Source: Octopus vulgaris (Eukaryota). Taken from it: a stretch of 64,000 bases of DNA. Under the pieces are notes generated by a model. It was not told the DNA's origin, searched no databases, and worked only from the letters and a program-made list of their open reading frames with translations. The stretch is from NCBI GenBank assembly GCA_951406725.2, contig OX597820.1, positions 80,724,001-80,788,000 of the forward strand, written 5' to 3'. Below are positions 51,476 through 63,875 of this stretch, piece by piece (positions within the stretch are counted from its first letter, which is position 1; every line of letters begins with the position of its first letter). A program made the translations under genes and the position numbers.

Positions 51476-51822
51476 AATAGAGTAGCTAAAATCTGGGCTA
51501 CATATGTTTCATAGCGAGCAGAACCTCGGAAGTGGTAAATATTACAGGCTCTTCAGGCAAAGAGTATATTGATTAAGTGAAGTTTATATTATCGTTAGAA
51601 TGCCCATGTTAACACACGGAGCATTCGATATATATATACATAAGGATATCTGCTATTGCAAAGGTGATAATCAATTTGTTGAATGCAAATTAATAATGTT
51701 GTTAAAAGGCCAAATTCACTAACTTTCTATAATCGTTGTTACTCTTTAGTCACTTATACTTTTAAATCAAAGAAAGCTCATCGCAGCATCCATCGTTGTT
51801 TGATACAGCAATCTCTCGACTA

Positions 51823-52012
51823 TCGCAGGTGTAACGTTCCAAAATCCCTGCAATAGGTGAAAATACACGCAATAGAAACAGTATTGTTCTGTATATTTTT
51901 AAAAAATTATTTTTATAATTTGTATATATTTATTTTATTATGAATGCAAAACAACACCACAGAGGAACCGACGTAAGTTTAAATAATAAACCGCGATATG
52001 GCGAGAGATCCA
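51823..52012. mobile_element. pogo/Tigger-like MITE relic
   Basis: ta|cagcaatctctcgactatcgc ... gcgatatggcgagagat are imperfect inverted ends. Confidence 0.5.
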
Positions 52013-52358
52013 TTCCGTCCAAATTATTTAATCTTTTGAGAGCAGAAATGATGTAGTTGCGAATTAACTGTCTTGTAGTAAATATGTGTGTGTGAATGCT
52101 TGCATTTTATTTATATACTTCTGGATATGTCATGCCGATGATTTTTAAAAAGAATGAAATAGTGTTATACTTATTACTTCGTAATCAGATAGCGACAAAA
52201 ATAAATAATAAACAAAGAAATAAAAATGAATTCTTCGCAACTTTTCTTTATAATTTCTGAATTTCAAATTCAAAGTTCTAACCCCACCAAATATTATGAA
52301 GAAATGAATATTTTCCTTGTATTACAGTATACTACAAGTATGTATGTATGTATGCATG

Positions 52359-52418
<60 letters not shown>

Positions 52419-52914
52419 GATCTTATAAGAAACTTAAATGCGACATTCGGCTTTGGATACTATTTTCCCTACACCAAATAACATAAATGGCTGGACATGT
52501 TCATTTTATCGTTCCACTCTTAATTTATTGGAATGCGGCAATGTTGAGGCACTGTCTTCAAAGATTTAGTCGATGAAGGTGATCCACGTGCCTATACTTT
52601 TAAGTCTGGCGTTTATTCTATCGGTGTTTCATTGCCAAATTACTGTGTTGCAGTAAGCAAACGAACACCGGTTTTTAAGCGTTGAGGCACAGTTTACATC
52701 TTCAAATTTTACTCACAAAGCATTGATTAAGGCTGGACATTTGCCCAAGAAGCCTCGCAGTGGGACGAAACCCGAAACCACGCCGTTGTGAAGTGCACTT
52801 CTCAGCTATGCAGTCATACCTTCGCCTATACATATATAAATACACTTACATTAGTTTCCTTATAATAAGGATTGATAATTAATTTTTAAAGCTCATTGAC
52901 TTTCATTTTCTCAG

Positions 52915-53088
52915 GAGCGAAATCTCCGGATCTCTTTCGTGACCGGCTCAAATCATCATTAAAATATCAAAATAAGCCAAGAATGGAGAACGTGATATCT
53001 GAAATGGAAGGAGCCAAATATCCCGAGTTATTTAACCAACTTCATGAAGCTAGAGCATTTCTGGATGCGTTATCAGAGGGTGATAAAG
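52915..53088 (+). CDS. Repeat exon R5 (GAKSPDLFRDRLKSSLKYQNK...LDALSEGDK)
   Basis: ttttctcag| ... G|gttagc, 174 nt. Confidence 0.88.
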
Positions 53089-53455
53089 GTTAGCAAATGC
53101 TCTAAAAAACGCCAACAACGTTCAATGTCGTGTATTAATCTGGTTAATACACTTGTCCTTGAGACAAGTGCATTATGAAAATGATTGTGTATTCATGAAA
53201 ATGAATCTAATTTGTTGTAATGATAATTAAAATGACTATATTAATCTTTGATATGTAAGTATCTTTGTATCTTTGCTGTAAAAGTTCAACTTTAATGCAT
53301 GCATAATCATAGCGGTGTAATCAAATATACAATAAACTGTCTTTCGATGGCATGGTTTAATCTTTTCACACACATAGGTTATAGGCTAAACGTATTTAGA
53401 TATCAACTTTGATATTGTATTCAAGAGTTGATAAAATGTGTTATCTGGTTGATAG

Positions 53456-53626
53456 GATTATCGGTTGAATATTTGCGTGAAGCCCTGAAGAAAGCAATGA
53501 GAAAAAAAGATAAAGAAAGTCTAGAAGAAACCATTGAAAAATGCGTAGAGTTCAATTATCCAGAGTTAGAATCTGAAATACACCACGCTAGAGATATTTT
53601 GGAACTTATGCGCACTGGCCGAGCAG
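53456..53626 (+). CDS. Repeat exon R6 (GLSVEYLREALKKAMRKKDK...LELMRTGRA)
   Basis: tggttgatag| ... G|gttaga, 171 nt. Confidence 0.84.
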
Positions 53627-54450
53627 GTTAGAATTTCTTTTGTACATTAAAATAAAGAAAAGTATTTATATGATTACTATGTAAAGTAATCATTTGGATA
53701 AATGATTGTAAATTATCTTTAAGAGATCACTGTTAAATATATTTAAATCAACGTATGTATTTCTAAAAATACTTGCCCTCGCTAATGTCAAGAAATTTAT
53801 TTAAAATTTGTTTTGTAAACCGAATATTACGTGTGTTTATGTGTGTGCGTGTGCATGAGCATGCGGGAATACATACACGCATGCATACATACACACACAG
53901 ACATATGGTGATATAAATATATGTTTGATATGCTAATACTGACAGTATACATTTGAATTATCGTTTTTGTTAATTCTTTTCATTTTACTAATGGCGGTTT
54001 TTCTATCGTCTGTGTGTCGGAATCCAAATTCCTCATCGATTTGTGATGGTGTGTGAGTTGAGCGTATGTTGTGCAAAAAACTAAGGGTAATTTTACAATT
54101 TGTTTGACCGCTCCTCTCAGAATGCATACTCAGTTTTCTTTCACAATGAACATAGAATACGTACGGAATATATATATCTGTCATAATTTACCGTCTGTTT
54201 GTAAGGAGTAACTTAATTTATATATCTACATTTTAACAGCTTGTCATTAATTAAACAATATATTTTCTCTTCTCTATAAATGTCTGTATGCATGAATGTG
54301 TGTATGTATATTTATATATTATATCAATTAAATGTTGTAGACTTCATCATTTTTTGAGAGTTTGGCAACGTGTAAATTTATCAATCAGTCTGTCTGTCTG
54401 TTTCCTTTTGTGTAATTGTCTCTATCCCTCTCTCTTTCTCTCTCCCTGTT

Positions 54451-54485
<35 letters not shown>

Positions 54486-54818
54486 CTCTCTCTCTCTTCT
54501 TCAATTTGTCTTTTTCTCTGAATATGTCTGTGTATGCCTTTATCCTAGTTTTTGCATGTCTTTCTGTCTGTCTTTGTGTATATCTCTTTGTCTTTGACTG
54601 TATCTCTTTATGTTGTCAGTTACTTTCTTCCTGTTTGTCCGCGTCTCTCTGTTTACTCGTCTGTGTCTTCTTTCTTTCTTTCCTTCCTTGAAGTAAATAT
54701 GTACAGTAATATAGATTTACAACATTTCTGATATATAGTAAATAATACATAGAACAGATATAATTGAGAACAAGGAAACTGTTTTCATATCTGATATATG
54801 GAATTCCTAATCCACCAG

Positions 54819-54992
54819 GTTCTAAATCACCATTTGCTTTGCGGGAACAACTGAATAAAGCGATAGATCAAAATGACATTGATGCTTTACAGAAAACTAT
54901 TGAAGAGTGTGAAGAAACCGGATATGCCGAGCTTGGATACGACTTGAGTCGAGCGAGAGATAAATTGCATAGTTTAGGATGTGGTAAAGGAG
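54819..54992 (+). CDS. Repeat exon R7 (GSKSPFALREQLNKAIDQNDI...LHSLGCGKG)
   Basis: ctaatccaccag| ... G|gttagc, 174 nt. Confidence 0.88.
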
Positions 54993-55472
54993 GTTAGCTA
55001 TATTTTCTAGTATTTCTTACCTTTTAAAATACCTATTAGAAAATGCATTAGCATTCAGCAATTTTTTTTCTATCAAGTGGCATTACTGGAATTTTAAAGT
55101 GCATTAAAATTTGTAATTAATCAGCTAATTACAGACACAAGTTTGCAATAATGATAAAAGAATATTGTACTTTCTGATGACAGAAACAAAACAGACCTCG
55201 AAGTGAAGTTCTTAGCTGTGAGTTAATAGTGTCTTGAGATTTTACTAAAGCAGTTATCGATCATTTTAAATGTAATGAACTCTTTTAGTTTACCTTATAA
55301 ATATCCAACGCCACAGAACACATGGTAAAATATTAGGCATGCGAATCGATATGGTTCAATACGTAACGGCTTTCAAATAATTAACCTCAAGTGTCATGTT
55401 GATACGTTTACTTTCATTTAACTTTATGATTTATAGATAAAATGTTAAGCTTTGTTTCATTTTATCAAAGGC

Positions 55473-55515
<43 letters not shown>

Positions 55516-55905
55516 TGTATAAAGGAGCGTGGGTAAGGCCAGAACAATTCGAAGTAAATGCAAGGCAAATCCCCAAAAAACAAATACATGAATTAATAAT
55601 GTAGGCTTACCTTTCATTCAATATTTCGGGGTTATGACCTGATTTTCAAGAAATTAACGAATGTTGCCGACGTGCGTGTGTGTGAGCGTGTGTGGATTGG
55701 ACATGCGCGGATAGATGTTGCTATAGTAACCAACTAGCTTCCGGTAACCTTCTTCTGTTGTTGATATTTGATTTTCTTTGATGTATGAGGATGGCCCCGG
55801 ATGAATAACCCCCAAAATATTGCATGCAAGGGAAGTCTACATTAATTCAAATATTTGTTTTCTTGAGATTTGTTTTGTTCAGGCCTTACCCACGATCCTT
55901 TATAC
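55516..55905. mobile_element. MITE/foldback between (TA)n tracts
   Basis: gtataaaggagcgtgggtaaggccagaacaa pairs with ttgttcaggccttacccacgatcctttatac. Weaker inverted similarity extends ~100 bp inward. Confidence 0.7.
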
Positions 55906-55992
55906 GATATATTCTACACAATGCTTCACAGTAATTACTCCCATATATATATATATATATATATACGATTCTTAATTGATTCCATTAATCAG

Positions 55993-56166
55993 GTACACAA
56001 ACACCTGATTCGTTTCGTGAAAAACTAAAATCCGCAATGAAGTTAAAAGAGAAGCAAAAACTAGAAGAAGCGATTAACGAATGTGTAGCAGCGGGATTTT
56101 CGGAACTTCAAACAGATATCCATGAAGCAAGGGATATGTTTTATGTTCTTGGTGGAGGTGTTGGAG
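55993..56166 (+). CDS. Repeat exon R8 (GTQTPDSFREKLKSAMKLKEK...FYVLGGGVG)
   Basis: ccattaatcag| ... G|gtacaa, 174 nt. Confidence 0.88.
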
Positions 56167-56553
56167 GTACAACAGCTATCATGATTTTCTTTCATACAAT
56201 TTGTATGTGTTGGCATAATTTTAAGGGAAAACAAAATTATTTAATTTATGCTCTTTTCTTTCTAAAGTCATCTTAGTTAATTATTAAGTCGTGTCTCAAA
56301 ATATGTTTTTTGTTATAACATTACTCAGTATTGTTTTTGTCAAATTTCGTGGACTATAAAATCACCAAATTTATAATTACCAAATTTGTAATGATAACAC
56401 AGCTTTAAATGAATTCAGTAATTCGGCATATTCTAATATTTGTAGCATGTAAATCAATTTTCAGAGTACTAATGTTTAAACAATCCTTACGCATACAGTA
56501 AATAATTTTAGTAAGCTTTGATGGTTGTCAATGTAATGTAATATAATTGCTAG

Positions 56554-56727
56554 GTATTGAGACTCCCCAGAACTTACGCGAAAAATTGAACTCAGCAATA
56601 GAAAAGAAAAATGTTGAAGATCTTAAAAGTGTTATTGCAGAATGTGAACAGATTGGTTATCCAGAACTTGGAGCGGAATTGTCTAAGGCTCGTGATACGT
56701 TGGAAAGCTTAGGTGGTGGCCGAGGAG
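56554..56727 (+). CDS. Repeat exon R9 (GIETPQNLREKLNSAIEKKNV...LESLGGGRG)
   Basis: aattgctag| ... G|gttagc, 174 nt. Confidence 0.88.
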
Positions 56728-57072
56728 GTTAGCTTAAAGATTTTCAATACTGTGTTTTGAATTGACATTAAAAGAAAAAAAAAGTAAAAGTGGTTATAAA
56801 TTTCTTTTTTGGTGGCTATTTCCTGGATAACAAATTGAATATTACTTAAAAGTTAGAAATTTGTAAAGAAGTTTATTAAATAAAATGTTCAAATGAAGAT
56901 AAAAATTTCAAGCGTAAACAGTAGTACGAAAGATTGGATTTTATCGTAAATAATATCTAAAATTATTTACTATTAAATACGTTAGAAAAATGTTAAGATA
57001 TGCATATTTTGATAAAATTTATAGTGCATTTGCTGTAATATAATCCTCAAGATCTATTACTTTGTAAATCAG

Positions 57073-57246
57073 GAATCAAATCTCCTGATGAATTACGTAA
57101 GAAATTAATGGCGGCAAGAAACAATGACGATAAGTCAGAGCTTGAACGAATTATTCTTGAATGCGCTGCAGCTGGAATGCACGAATTAGAAGCTGATATA
57201 CAAGAAGCAAGAGATAGCTTATATTTGTCAGGAGCAGCATTGCAAG
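57073..57246 (+). CDS. Repeat exon R10 (GIKSPDELRKKLMAARNNDDK...LYLSGAALQ); absent from the ORF track
   Basis: ttgtaaatcag| ... G|gtcaga, 174 nt, aligns to the repeat consensus. Confidence 0.87.
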
Positions 57247-57795
57247 GTCAGATAATATATAATAATGAACTTATTTATTTGCTTTGATTTGTGGTTCATG
57301 AATTATTGCTGAAAATAGAACTGTCGAGATGTTTGGAAAAAAAAAACAAAAACAAAAGAACATCTTTATTACTTTTTATTCTAGTATTCATATTTTGAAA
57401 TTTCAATGATCTATGTTCATGCTAAAGTACTTTTATATGCGGACAGTACTTTCATGATAAATGATTTTGTTACATAATTTCCAAATGGACCATTGTGAGA
57501 CATATATTACAGACAACACTGTCGAAAACTATGGGGCGCCCTACAAATAAAAAAAAATTCAATCGCGTTTTAGTTCATTCTGTTGGGGATCGATATATAA
57601 TTTTTAAAATGTATATATATTCCAATTTTATATATGATACCATACATATTTTAAACATTTCCCAATGTACAGACTCATACATGCCCACTCAATCATTTAA
57701 CTATGCGTCTTTATAGTAAAAATAAATCGTAAATTAAAAAGAATATTATTTGTTATTACAAAATTTATATAAATTTGTGAACGTTTCCTGTTCAG

Positions 57796-57969
57796 GTCAG
57801 AACTATGCTGAAGCATTACGTCAACGCCTGCAAACTGCAATTACAGACCAGGATAAGAGAGCATTGGAAACTTTAATCTATGAAAGTGAAAATGCTTGTT
57901 TACCAGAACTTGGTTTTGAGGTTTACAAAGCCAGAGAAATGCTTGAAAGTTTAGGAGGTGGTTCTGGAG
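57796..57969 (+). CDS. Repeat exon R11 (GQNYAEALRQRLQTAITDQDK...LESLGGGSG)
   Basis: ttcctgttcag| ... G|gtattg, 174 nt. Confidence 0.88.
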
Positions 57970-58194
57970 GTATTGAGCAACATTCTATTTTCAAAATTGA
58001 GTGATTGGTTTGACATCTTATTTGTAGTTCTCATATGTTATTAAAATCCTTGCACCATTCAACTATCTGCTGATGTATCGGATGAAACAACTGATTAAAA
58101 TAAATTATATGATTATCAATTAAACTTAAAATTAGTAAACAATAACCGTAATAGTATCCAATTTATGACAACAAATTCTAATAGTGTTTACGGT

Positions 58195-58287
58195 GATATA
58201 TGTATATATGTACGTATGTATATATTTATATGTGTATATCTATATATGTATATATATTTATGTATATATATATGTATATATATATGT

Positions 58288-58330
<43 letters not shown>

Positions 58331-58387
58331 CATGTATATATACATGTATATATATGTATATCTATATGTATATATATACATATATAT

Positions 58388-58445
<58 letters not shown>

Positions 58446-58658
58446 ATATATATATATGTATATATATACATGTATATATATGTGTATATATAGATGTATA
58501 TATACATGCATGTATATATATGCATATATAAATATATACATACATATATATATATGTATATATATTTATATGCATATATCTATATACATACATATATATA
58601 TATATTGAGATGTATATATGTATATATGTGTATATGTATATGTGTATATGTATATATT

Positions 58659-58690
<32 letters not shown>
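58195..58690. repeat. Long degenerate (TA)n/(TATG)n microsatellite (similar tracts at ~590-860, 12865-13020, 13550-13845, 14850-15340, 26810-27305)
   Basis: Directly visible. Confidence 0.97.
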
Positions 58691-58692
<2 letters not shown>

Positions 58693-59166
58693 TTCGTAGC
58701 CTGCTCTCCTTACAGTTTCGTCCGGTTACACTTGAGACTGCTCAAATCTGTCTGACTCCAATTATCTAAGCTAAGAGCATTAAGTATTTAGGAAGATAGG
58801 AAGGGAATGTGTACGACAAGAAAGATAAAAAAAACTAAAAATACGAAGAAAATGTTACTCATTTACACATATACAAACAACAATAAAATAACAACAGGTG
58901 TCTTTCGACTAATAGAGACGAATCAAGTTGATCTGGCGTGTGTGGATTGAAAGCCTCGAGGCAGGAACGAGACCGACATTTTTTTGCTGACATTCGTAGC
59001 CTTGTCATCAAAGTGCAAGGATACTTGCCATTAGCAACTGATGGTTTTTTTCCCCCAAGAGCCAAGTCTCCCCCTACCCTAGCTTCAAGTGAAATTGTAT
59101 TATATTTAGTACATGTGTTTATACTCTAAAGCTATCTCTTCTAATATGAAACGTTTTATTTCTCAG

Positions 59167-59514
59167 GATATTTATCTCCTGACATCCTTCGTAAGAAGCT
59201 TAAGGCGGCTAAAGAAAGAAAAGATATTGATGACCTAGGAAGAATTATAAATGAATGTGTAGCAGCTGGCATGCCGAAGTTAAGTTCCGACATCATTGAT
59301 GCCAGAGAGAGCTTAGATATTCTCTGTGGGGGAACAGGAAAGATGAAACCCTCCGAAATTTTGCATAATGAGCTAAGGGAAGCAATATCAAGTAAAAATA
59401 TAGACAACCTGAATAAATCTATTGATGAGTGTGAGGCTGCCGGTTATCTTGAATTAAGCCACGATTTAAAGAAAGCTAGAGCTACACTGGAATCGCTTGG
59501 TGGAGGTTATGGAG
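59167..59514 (+). CDS. Double repeat exon R12 (two 58-aa units, GYLSPDILRKKL...LESLGGGYG)
   Basis: tttatttctcag| ... G|gtgaga, 348 nt = 2 x 174. Confidence 0.9.
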
Positions 59515-60272
59515 GTGAGATAACTATCACGTGTTTCTCACTCGTAATTGTAATTCATGTTTTAAATGAAAATATATTTGGTACATAGTTACCCATTTCT
59601 TAACTTTGCTCATAGAAAAAACAGTGATGTGATTTTGTCACTTAAAAACAAGGAATATGAATGTGGAATATGGAATTTTTGATTAAACATGCATGATTTT
59701 TACAACGTATAATTAAAAATTGCCACTTAAAATTAATTAAATATTTCGCATGGTGACGAGCATTATCGAATTGCTTTAATTAAATAAATGGAATTAAATG
59801 CTCTATTAGCAAAACCTGATTTAACACTGTATGGCAGTGAACACTATATAACAATTCTGTTGTTACCATTTTAGCCAACAATGTCGGCAGACTCATATTG
59901 TAGTTACTGTATCTACTGCTAACTGAAGGCATTTGAAATACCTTATGTAACTAATACTCTTGGGATAAGCAGAGGAAGTATATCCCCAATTCTATTCCTC
60001 TCAGATCTGAAGACTAGTGATTGCGTAAATATCAATGCTATTGATGACGTTACATTGGTGGAAGTGGTGGAAACATTAGAACGCCGAACAATAAATTACA
60101 GTATTTTAGTACTGTCAATGTCGCTTTTGCATTTAAACCTTGCCATCGTGATTTACTCTGCTTTTACACCGTCGAGGGTGGGATGTGATCGTGATTTAGT
60201 ATTCACTAGAAATATTGAACTTATATACTGTCAAATGTCATAAATATCATTCATATTATTTGATTTGTCCAG

Positions 60273-60446
60273 GTTCCAAGACACCAGATATTTACCGGAA
60301 TAAAATAAGAACTGCAATTAAAGAAAAAGATAAATCGGCATTGGAAAAAGCCATTAACTCTAGCATAGCTTTAGGCATGCCAGAGTTGGATTCTGAAATA
60401 CTCCAAGCGAAAAAAGCACTAAAGCGTTTGAAACAAGACTTTAAAG
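60273..60446 (+). CDS. Repeat exon R13 (GSKTPDIYRNKIRTAIKEKDK...LKRLKQDFK)
   Basis: atttgtccag| ... G|gttaca, 174 nt. Confidence 0.88.
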
Positions 60447-61223
60447 GTTACATAAGCAGTCTTTTCATTTATATAACACACCAAAATAATTAATGTGATA
60501 TTGCAACGTCTCCATATACCTACCTGCTTGCTTACCTACCTACCTACACAGAGTGTAGGACCGTTGATAAGATTCGAAAGGACAACTCTGTAGACTCGTC
60601 TTCTGTAGGCCTGTTTATTTATTACTTTCTTGTTCACTTTATGAACGAGAAAAAAAGCTAAAAATTAAATTTAAAACTCATTTGTGAGTCGATTTCACTT
60701 GTAAAATCTAACGCGGGCAATTTAAGTTGTAGTGATTTGAGATATAATTAGATTCTTTAAACATTTAACTATTTAAAAAACAAATCATACCCCAAACAAC
60801 TTCTATAGGAATTTCACTGCTATTTAAAACGAAATGGCAATCCAATATACCATAGATAATTAAGATAGTATCACCTAAGATGCATCTTATTTAATGGTCT
60901 GGTTGCCATAAAGTTATTTGGTGAAACCTTTTGATTGGGTAAATCGCCAGCCCATGTTAGTCAATAGGTGTCACACATATCTAAGTTTTAAGATGAATTA
61001 CACGGTCAATTTCGTGTTTCTATGGTTTATACAAAGTTTAGCTCATGTTCGCAAGGCGATTACAATACGGACTAACGTGAGCATAGAGAGAAATATTCTG
61101 TGGTTCAATCAAAAGCATGAGAAATGATATAATGTTAGGTTACCTGTATATTTTTTATTTTCAGTTTACTCTATATTTTTGTTTTTCTTTTTATCTGTTT
61201 CTTTTATATTTTAAAAAAACTAG

Positions 61224-61397
61224 CACGTAAACCCGTTGAAATTCTTAGAAGTGAGTTACAAGAAGCTACGAGAAGCAAAGACAAATCAAATTTGGAAAAG
61301 CTTATTGGTGAATGTGAAATAGCTGAATATCCTGAATTAAGCATCGATCTATGTAAAGCGAGAGATGCCTTAGAAAGCTTAGGTGGTGGTCGTGGAG
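61224..61397 (+). CDS. Repeat exon R14 (ARKPVEILRSELQEATRSKDK...LESLGGGRG); absent from the ORF track
   Basis: Pyrimidine tract then aaaaaaactag|, donor G|gtcagg, 174 nt. Confidence 0.86.
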
Positions 61398-61808
61398 GTC
61401 AGGATGACAATGATAATTACTTTAAAAGCTTTACATTGTTCTGTATGAACATGCGATACGTTTCATGATTACTGTTTGATAGATATGTTATTAATTTTGG
61501 CTTGGATAACTGTTCTGTAACAAGATGAAATCAGTTTGCTTTCGATTTAATATCTTTTAAAAGATAACGATTTGTATAGATGATAATTTTGAAGTTCTTT
61601 AACTACTACCAGTCTCAATCCTTGCGCTGTCGTATATTCAATAATATATAAACATTAATCAGAAAAACATTATAAGGAAGCTACTTGGCTTGTTTATAAC
61701 TTCGTCTTGTTAGATAAGCATTCTCAAGAAGCGATTATTGTAATTATATCAGCATTTTAATTTTATAAAGCCATGTTATGACTCTATTAAAAAATTTATA
61801 TTCATCAG

Positions 61809-62156
61809 GATCTAAAACATCTGCTACTCTTCGAGAGAAAATTAAGACAGCTGAGGAAAGAAAAGATATTGATGGTCTAGAGAAATGTATAAACGAATGT
61901 TTATCGGCTGGCATGTCCGATTTGGATTCTGATATCAGTCGTGCTAGAGATAGTTTACATGTTCTACGTGGAGAATCAGGAACGGCGAAGAGCTCTCAAG
62001 ATTTACAGGACAAATTGTCGAAAGCAATTTTAAGTAAAGATAAAGAGAGCTTAAGCAAATCTATTGACGAGTGTGAAGATACTGGTTACCTTGAATTGAG
62101 CCCCTACCTGAAGAATGCAAGAGATATATTAGAAAGTCTTGGTGGAGGCCGTGGAG
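61809..62156 (+). CDS. Double repeat exon R15 (GSKTSATLREKIKTAEERKDID...LESLGGGRG)
   Basis: attcatcag| ... G|gttagc, 348 nt = 2 x 174. Confidence 0.9.
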
Positions 62157-62711
62157 GTTAGCATTATATATACATATTTAATTGTCACAGTACAAATATT
62201 TTGAAACCAAGAAATTTTTTCTTTGCCAGAATGAGGATGAACTTTTATTTGAATTTGTCACTCGATTTCCTTTAACAATTTTAAAAGAAGCAGCCAACAA
62301 ACACAGTCAAAATATTCATTTCTCAAGTTCACGGAACAATTGTACTGATTTCTATGAAATTCGAGTTTTTAGCACAGGATTGAAGTTTATACCTTGTACT
62401 AATTGTAGTTTATATCTTGTTATACTAATAATGGATGTATTTCAATCAGATATTTTCTTACTTTTCTAGCACTTTGAGTATATAATTCTTACCCTGTCCG
62501 TCCAGGTCCATGCATCTTTTAAGGCGTTTTTGTAACTGTGACCACGATATTTATATTTAAATGTTATTATTAAAGTATAAAACAATATAAATGAGCATGT
62601 CTACAAACGATTAATTGGCATATAATAAGTAATGTAGCATGCAATATATCTCAGTAATTACCCAAAACTTTAAAGAAATCATTCCGTTCATTGTTCCGCT
62701 TCTATTATCAG

Positions 62712-62885
62712 GCCTTAAGACACCGGAAATATTGCGTCAAAAACTTGAAAGTGCCAGGAATCAGAATGACAAACAACATTTGGAAAAAGTATTAAATGAG
62801 TGCATTGCTGCTGGTATGCCAGAACTGGACAATGATATTGAGTTAGCTAGGAATGATCTCGATTACATAGGATATGATGTTAGAG
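62712..62885 (+). CDS. Repeat exon R16 (GLKTPEILRQKLESARNQNDK...LDYIGYDVR)
   Basis: tctattatcag| ... G|gttaga, 174 nt. Confidence 0.88.
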
Positions 62886-63051
62886 GTTAGATCTGAAATT
62901 ACTATTGTCAAATATAAATATGAAATTATGCAAATATGTGTATACATATATATGTACGTACACACACACAAACATGCTCGTATACCATTTTAATCAATAA
63001 TAAATTGTTTTTGTTGTAAAACTTTGTGTGTATGCATAATGTGTGTGTGCA

Positions 63052-63104
<53 letters not shown>

Positions 63105-63499
63105 GTATGTGTAGATGGGAAGGTTGCAAAAGGTATGACAGCTTCAATAGGGGACAAGAATCGTTGACATGCCGGCACTGACTGGTCCTTATTAGTTTCG
63201 GATGTCACTTGGACAATGGTGGTTTTCAGTGAAGTTAATGTATAGGGAAGAAGTCAATTAATCTCCCTTTCAACAACCCTATGAACATTGTAGTCCATAG
63301 GATATGAATCTGGCGAGTTTGGAGGCCACAAGTTTAGTGATACATAATCGTAAAAATTGCCTTACATCTATTCTTGGGTTACATGTGCTTTGTGAGAAGG
63401 TGATGGGTCTTAATGAATAGTATATGGCTTTGCATTTTGCACTTCATTCAACTAGGGCTTAACAACTGTATCCAGCATCTCAACATTTTCAGAAGCATT

Positions 63500-63875
63500 A
63501 AATCTAACATCTTTACTACAATCCCAGAGTCAGTGAAAGACTTGGGGATCAGTATGTGAAATGACGTATCATTTCATATGCAAGATGGCAGCAAAGTGCA
63601 GAAAACTGGCAGGATGGATACTGATGTCCTTCAGGACAAGAGACCAAGAAACTGTTTTGACCCTGTGGAGAACCTTTGTTCTCAGCCGCCTAGACCACTG
63701 TTCCCAGTTATGGTCACCACATAGTGCCAAATTAACAGTGGAGCTTGAAGCAGTCGAACGCCGCTACACTAAAAAGATTGAAACAGCGCAGCGGATGAGC
63801 TATAAAGATAGGCTGAGAAAACTACAGCTTTACTCCCTGGAGCGAAGGCGTGAGGGATATGCAATAATATACGTG
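63500..63875 (+). mobile_element. CR1/Jockey-group LINE RT C-terminal fragment
   Basis: GWILMSFRTRD...LWRTFVLSRLDHCSQLWSPH...LEAVERRYTK...SYKDRLRKLQLYSLERRR. Confidence 0.85.

Noticed and set aside
42364-62885. Dscam-like mutually exclusive exon cluster interpretation of the array
   Set aside because: The fused 348-nt exons and ordered A/B alternation indicate tandem inclusion. I saw no shared intronic docking or selector motif. It cannot be fully excluded without RNA data.
49905-62890. Repeat ORFs as a cluster of separate small genes
   Set aside because: Most lack an ATG at the homologous start. Homology begins after an AG and ends at G|GT in every copy.
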